38,355 bases of DNA, taken from contig NC_068993.1 in assembly GCF_001194135.2 (NCBI RefSeq), positions 33,503,535-33,541,889 on the forward strand. Direction: 5' to 3'. Below are positions 35,776 through 38,355 of the stretch, one piece after another. Below the pieces are notes generated by a model. It had not been told where the DNA came from and ran no database searches. It worked only from the letters and a program-made list of their open reading frames with translations. The first letter of the stretch is position 1, and every line of letters begins with the position of its first letter. Made by a program: the position numbers and the translations under genes. The stretch is from Octopus bimaculoides (taxonomy: Eukaryota).

Positions 35776-36978
35776 TTTTTATCATTTACTTGCTTCAGTC
35801 ATTAGACTGCAGCCATGTTGGAGCACCGCCTTGGAAAATTTTTAGTCGAACGAATCGACCTCAGTACTTATTTTTCTTAAAGCCTGGTACTTATTCTATC
35901 AGTCTCTTTTGCCGAATCGCTATGTTATGAGGAGGTAAACACACCAACAACGATTATCACGTGGTGGTAGGACACAAATACAGACACAAACATATACATT
36001 TATACATATACATATATATATATAGGTGGTTTCAAAAAGTTCTCGGACTAGTTTTGTAGCGCGCCATTAGATGACAGCACACGGTTGCCTGTGCAGTGAG
36101 AGCTAGCATTCACTTTCACGAGGCAGTGTGCCAAGTGACATCACTGTGTTTACTTCGCAAAATTTGTATTTTTGTGATTACGTGTATGCTGTAGTCTGCG
36201 ATTTTTGTCATGGACAGGAAGTTGGAACAAAGATCCAATGTGAAATTTTGCCTTAAACTTGGGAATTCTGTTTCAGAGACATTGAGTAAGCTTGCGGCAA
36301 CGAGGGTGTACGCAATATTTCGAGTGGCATGGGAGCTTCAAAAGTGAAAGAACGTCCCTGGAAGACGAAGAGCGATCTGGAAGACCTGCCACGATCGTCA
36401 GCCCCGGAAATGTAGAGAAATTTCATCAACTTGGGCGTGAGGATTGTCGGAGGACAACCAATGACGTTTTGAAGCGTTTGAGGAAGAATATTCGGCGAAA
36501 GCGTCCAGATCTGTGGATTCTTCACGACGACAATGCAACCTGTCACCGAGCTCTTCTCTCTCGTGGGTTTCTTGCAAAAAAATAGCATGGTATCGCTTCC
36601 GTACCACTCTGTTCACCAGATTTAGCCCCTGCGAACTTTCATCTCTTCCCCAAGATTAAAATGTAGCTCAAAGGTCACCGTTTTAACACCGTAGTCGAAC
36701 GCTGGGGCCAATGTATTACTGTGCAAGATGACTATTTGGAAAGAGAAGGTAATTAAGTTATTTTCTATTAAATAAAAATAATTAATCCCGGAACATTTTG
36801 ATACCACCTCGTATGTACGTACTCACACGACAGGCTTCTTTCCGCTTCCCTTTTACTTACAAAGCCTTTGTCGACCCGAAGATACAGTAGAAGACATTTG
36901 TCCGAGGTGCCAGGCAGTGGGACTGAACCCGGAACCGTATAGTTGCAAAGTAAACTTCTTACCGCACAGTCACGTTTG
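35776..36978 (-). mobile_element. SINE family A split by a mariner insertion
   Basis: Tail half at 35776-36000 and head half at 36823-36978 are collinear with the intact copy at 18410-18745. Confidence 0.75.
36022..36811 (+). mobile_element. Internally deleted mariner with both TIRs and TA TSD
   Basis: TIRs GGTGGTTTCAAAAAGTTCTCGGA and CCCGGAACATTTTGATACCACCTCG-TA. ATG at 36210 gives MDRKLEQRSNVKFCLKLG; then FEWH..LEDEERSGRP, VLKRLRKNIRRKRPDLWILHDDNATCH and CSPDLAPANFHLFPKIK. Confidence 0.9.
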
Positions 36979-37195
36979 GGACACTTGGAGACCTTTTCTC
37001 CCTCTCTTTTCATTGCAACTACAATCCTTCTGCAGACCTCCCCATATTGGTCACAAGACAGTCATCAAACAGTACAATTGTTGCAAGCCAAACTCTTGTG
37101 TCACATTTTAATACAACGGTCATAGAATGACCGATTATGTAGGTTTCGGGTGGTTTCTGCAACCACTGTTGCTGCTTTTTGTTGCCAATGCAGAT

Positions 37196-37288
37196 GCCGC
37201 CGCCGCAGCCGCAGCCGCTGCAGCCGCTGCCGCCGCCGCCGCTGCTGCTGTTTCTGATGACGACGACGACGACGATGATCATCATCAT
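37196..37288. repeat. GC-rich (GCC/GCA/GCT)n-(GAC/GAT)n-(CAT)n trinucleotide tract
   Basis: Seen directly; produces the polyAla/polyAsp of ORF 37127-37612. Confidence 0.9.
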
Positions 37289-37335
37289 AATGAGGGCAAT
37301 GATGACGCTGTTTTAACTCTAAAGCCACGACTTAC

Positions 37336-37409
37336 CTTTTCTTTCTTCACACAACTCCAGTCATCCTCTCAAGAGCAAATACCAATCAAATTTCGCAATA
37401 CCTTGAGAT
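37336..37409 (-). other. Candidate 74-nt non-coding exon
   Basis: Acceptor gatgttttcttag| and consensus donor AAG|GTAAGT. Stops in all three frames, so it would be UTR or lncRNA. Confidence 0.45.
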
Positions 37410-37563
37410 CTAAGAAAACATCGCACACGCGGGCGCACACTCACACACACAAATATATATCATCACCTTCCTATCCCCTTTCTCTCTGTTTCTGTCTGAC
37501 TGTCTGTCTGTCTGTCTGTCTATTTGTCTCCCTCCGTATACATACGTATGTGAGTATAATTTG

Positions 37564-37600
<37 letters not shown>

Positions 37601-37681
37601 CTGATAATTTGATATATATATATATATATATATACATATACTAATATGTACAGATATGTGTATAGCTGTATACATAAGTTC

Positions 37682-37712
<31 letters not shown>

Positions 37713-37753
37713 TATACACACATACATCATATATACACGCTTATATACATATA

Positions 37754-37787
<34 letters not shown>

Positions 37788-37801
37788 CATCATATATACA
37801 C

Positions 37802-37846
<45 letters not shown>

Positions 37847-38033
37847 AGCATACATACACACACACAAACCTCCCTGGCATTGACGAAACAAAGGGGTGTA
37901 GGTTAGGTTGGAGAAGCAAGCTGACACTTTGAGTGTGTGAAATGTGGTACCTGTCACAGTGATGGTGTCTGCACACATCCCTTCAATGCGTGCTCATCGA
38001 TGCTTGTTTTAGATTCAATCTCTGTTTACTTAC

Positions 38034-38090
38034 CAATTCACGTTTCCACACAAAATAAAAACGTAAACCAAATTTACAAATAATTTATCG
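38034..38090 (-). other. Candidate 57-nt exon
   Basis: Long polypyrimidine tract (ttttgcttttttttcacttctttccttttatctgatag|) and donor TG|GTAAGT. Confidence 0.4.
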
Positions 38091-38321
38091 CTATCAGATA
38101 AAAGGAAAGAAGTGAAAAAAAAAGCAAAACAAACAAACAAACAAAATAAACAAAGCAAGAATTAGAATGAAGGGATAAAAAACAAAAAATAAAAAAAAAA
38201 ACGCATGACGAGTTGTATATGACACTTTCTTCAGGCAGATTTTTCAATGCAATGGAGTTTATACATCCGTTTGCGTGTATATATAGTTGTGCATGTATAT
38301 GAATATATGGATATCTATATA

Positions 38322-38355
<34 letters not shown>

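Overview
AT-rich eukaryotic (metazoan) genomic scaffold with many N gaps and dense microsatellites. The SINE families and repeat style look like a cephalopod (Octopus-like) genome; this is recognition from memory, not a database result. No intact host protein-coding gene, rRNA, tRNA or CRISPR array is supported. Most non-microsatellite sequence is decayed transposable elements, several nested: three R4/Dong-like REL non-LTR pieces (one near full length), an RTE and a CR1/L2 LINE 3' end, several Penelope-like pieces (RT, GIY-YIG tail, one terminal repeat with a degenerate hammerhead ribozyme), a 986-bp two-LTR Gypsy deletion derivative, two mariners, a Tigger/pogo remnant, a 2.2-kb piggyBac, hAT elements, MITEs and tRNA-derived SINEs. 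A few short minus-strand segments have near-consensus splice signals and may be exons of a transcript spanning the window. I found nothing I can defend as a new biological system. The best leads are the TRIM-like LTR element, a 4.8-kb hAT-bounded unit, Dong elements in different microsatellites, the hammerhead-like motif and the candidate exons. All coordinates and alignments were read by eye.
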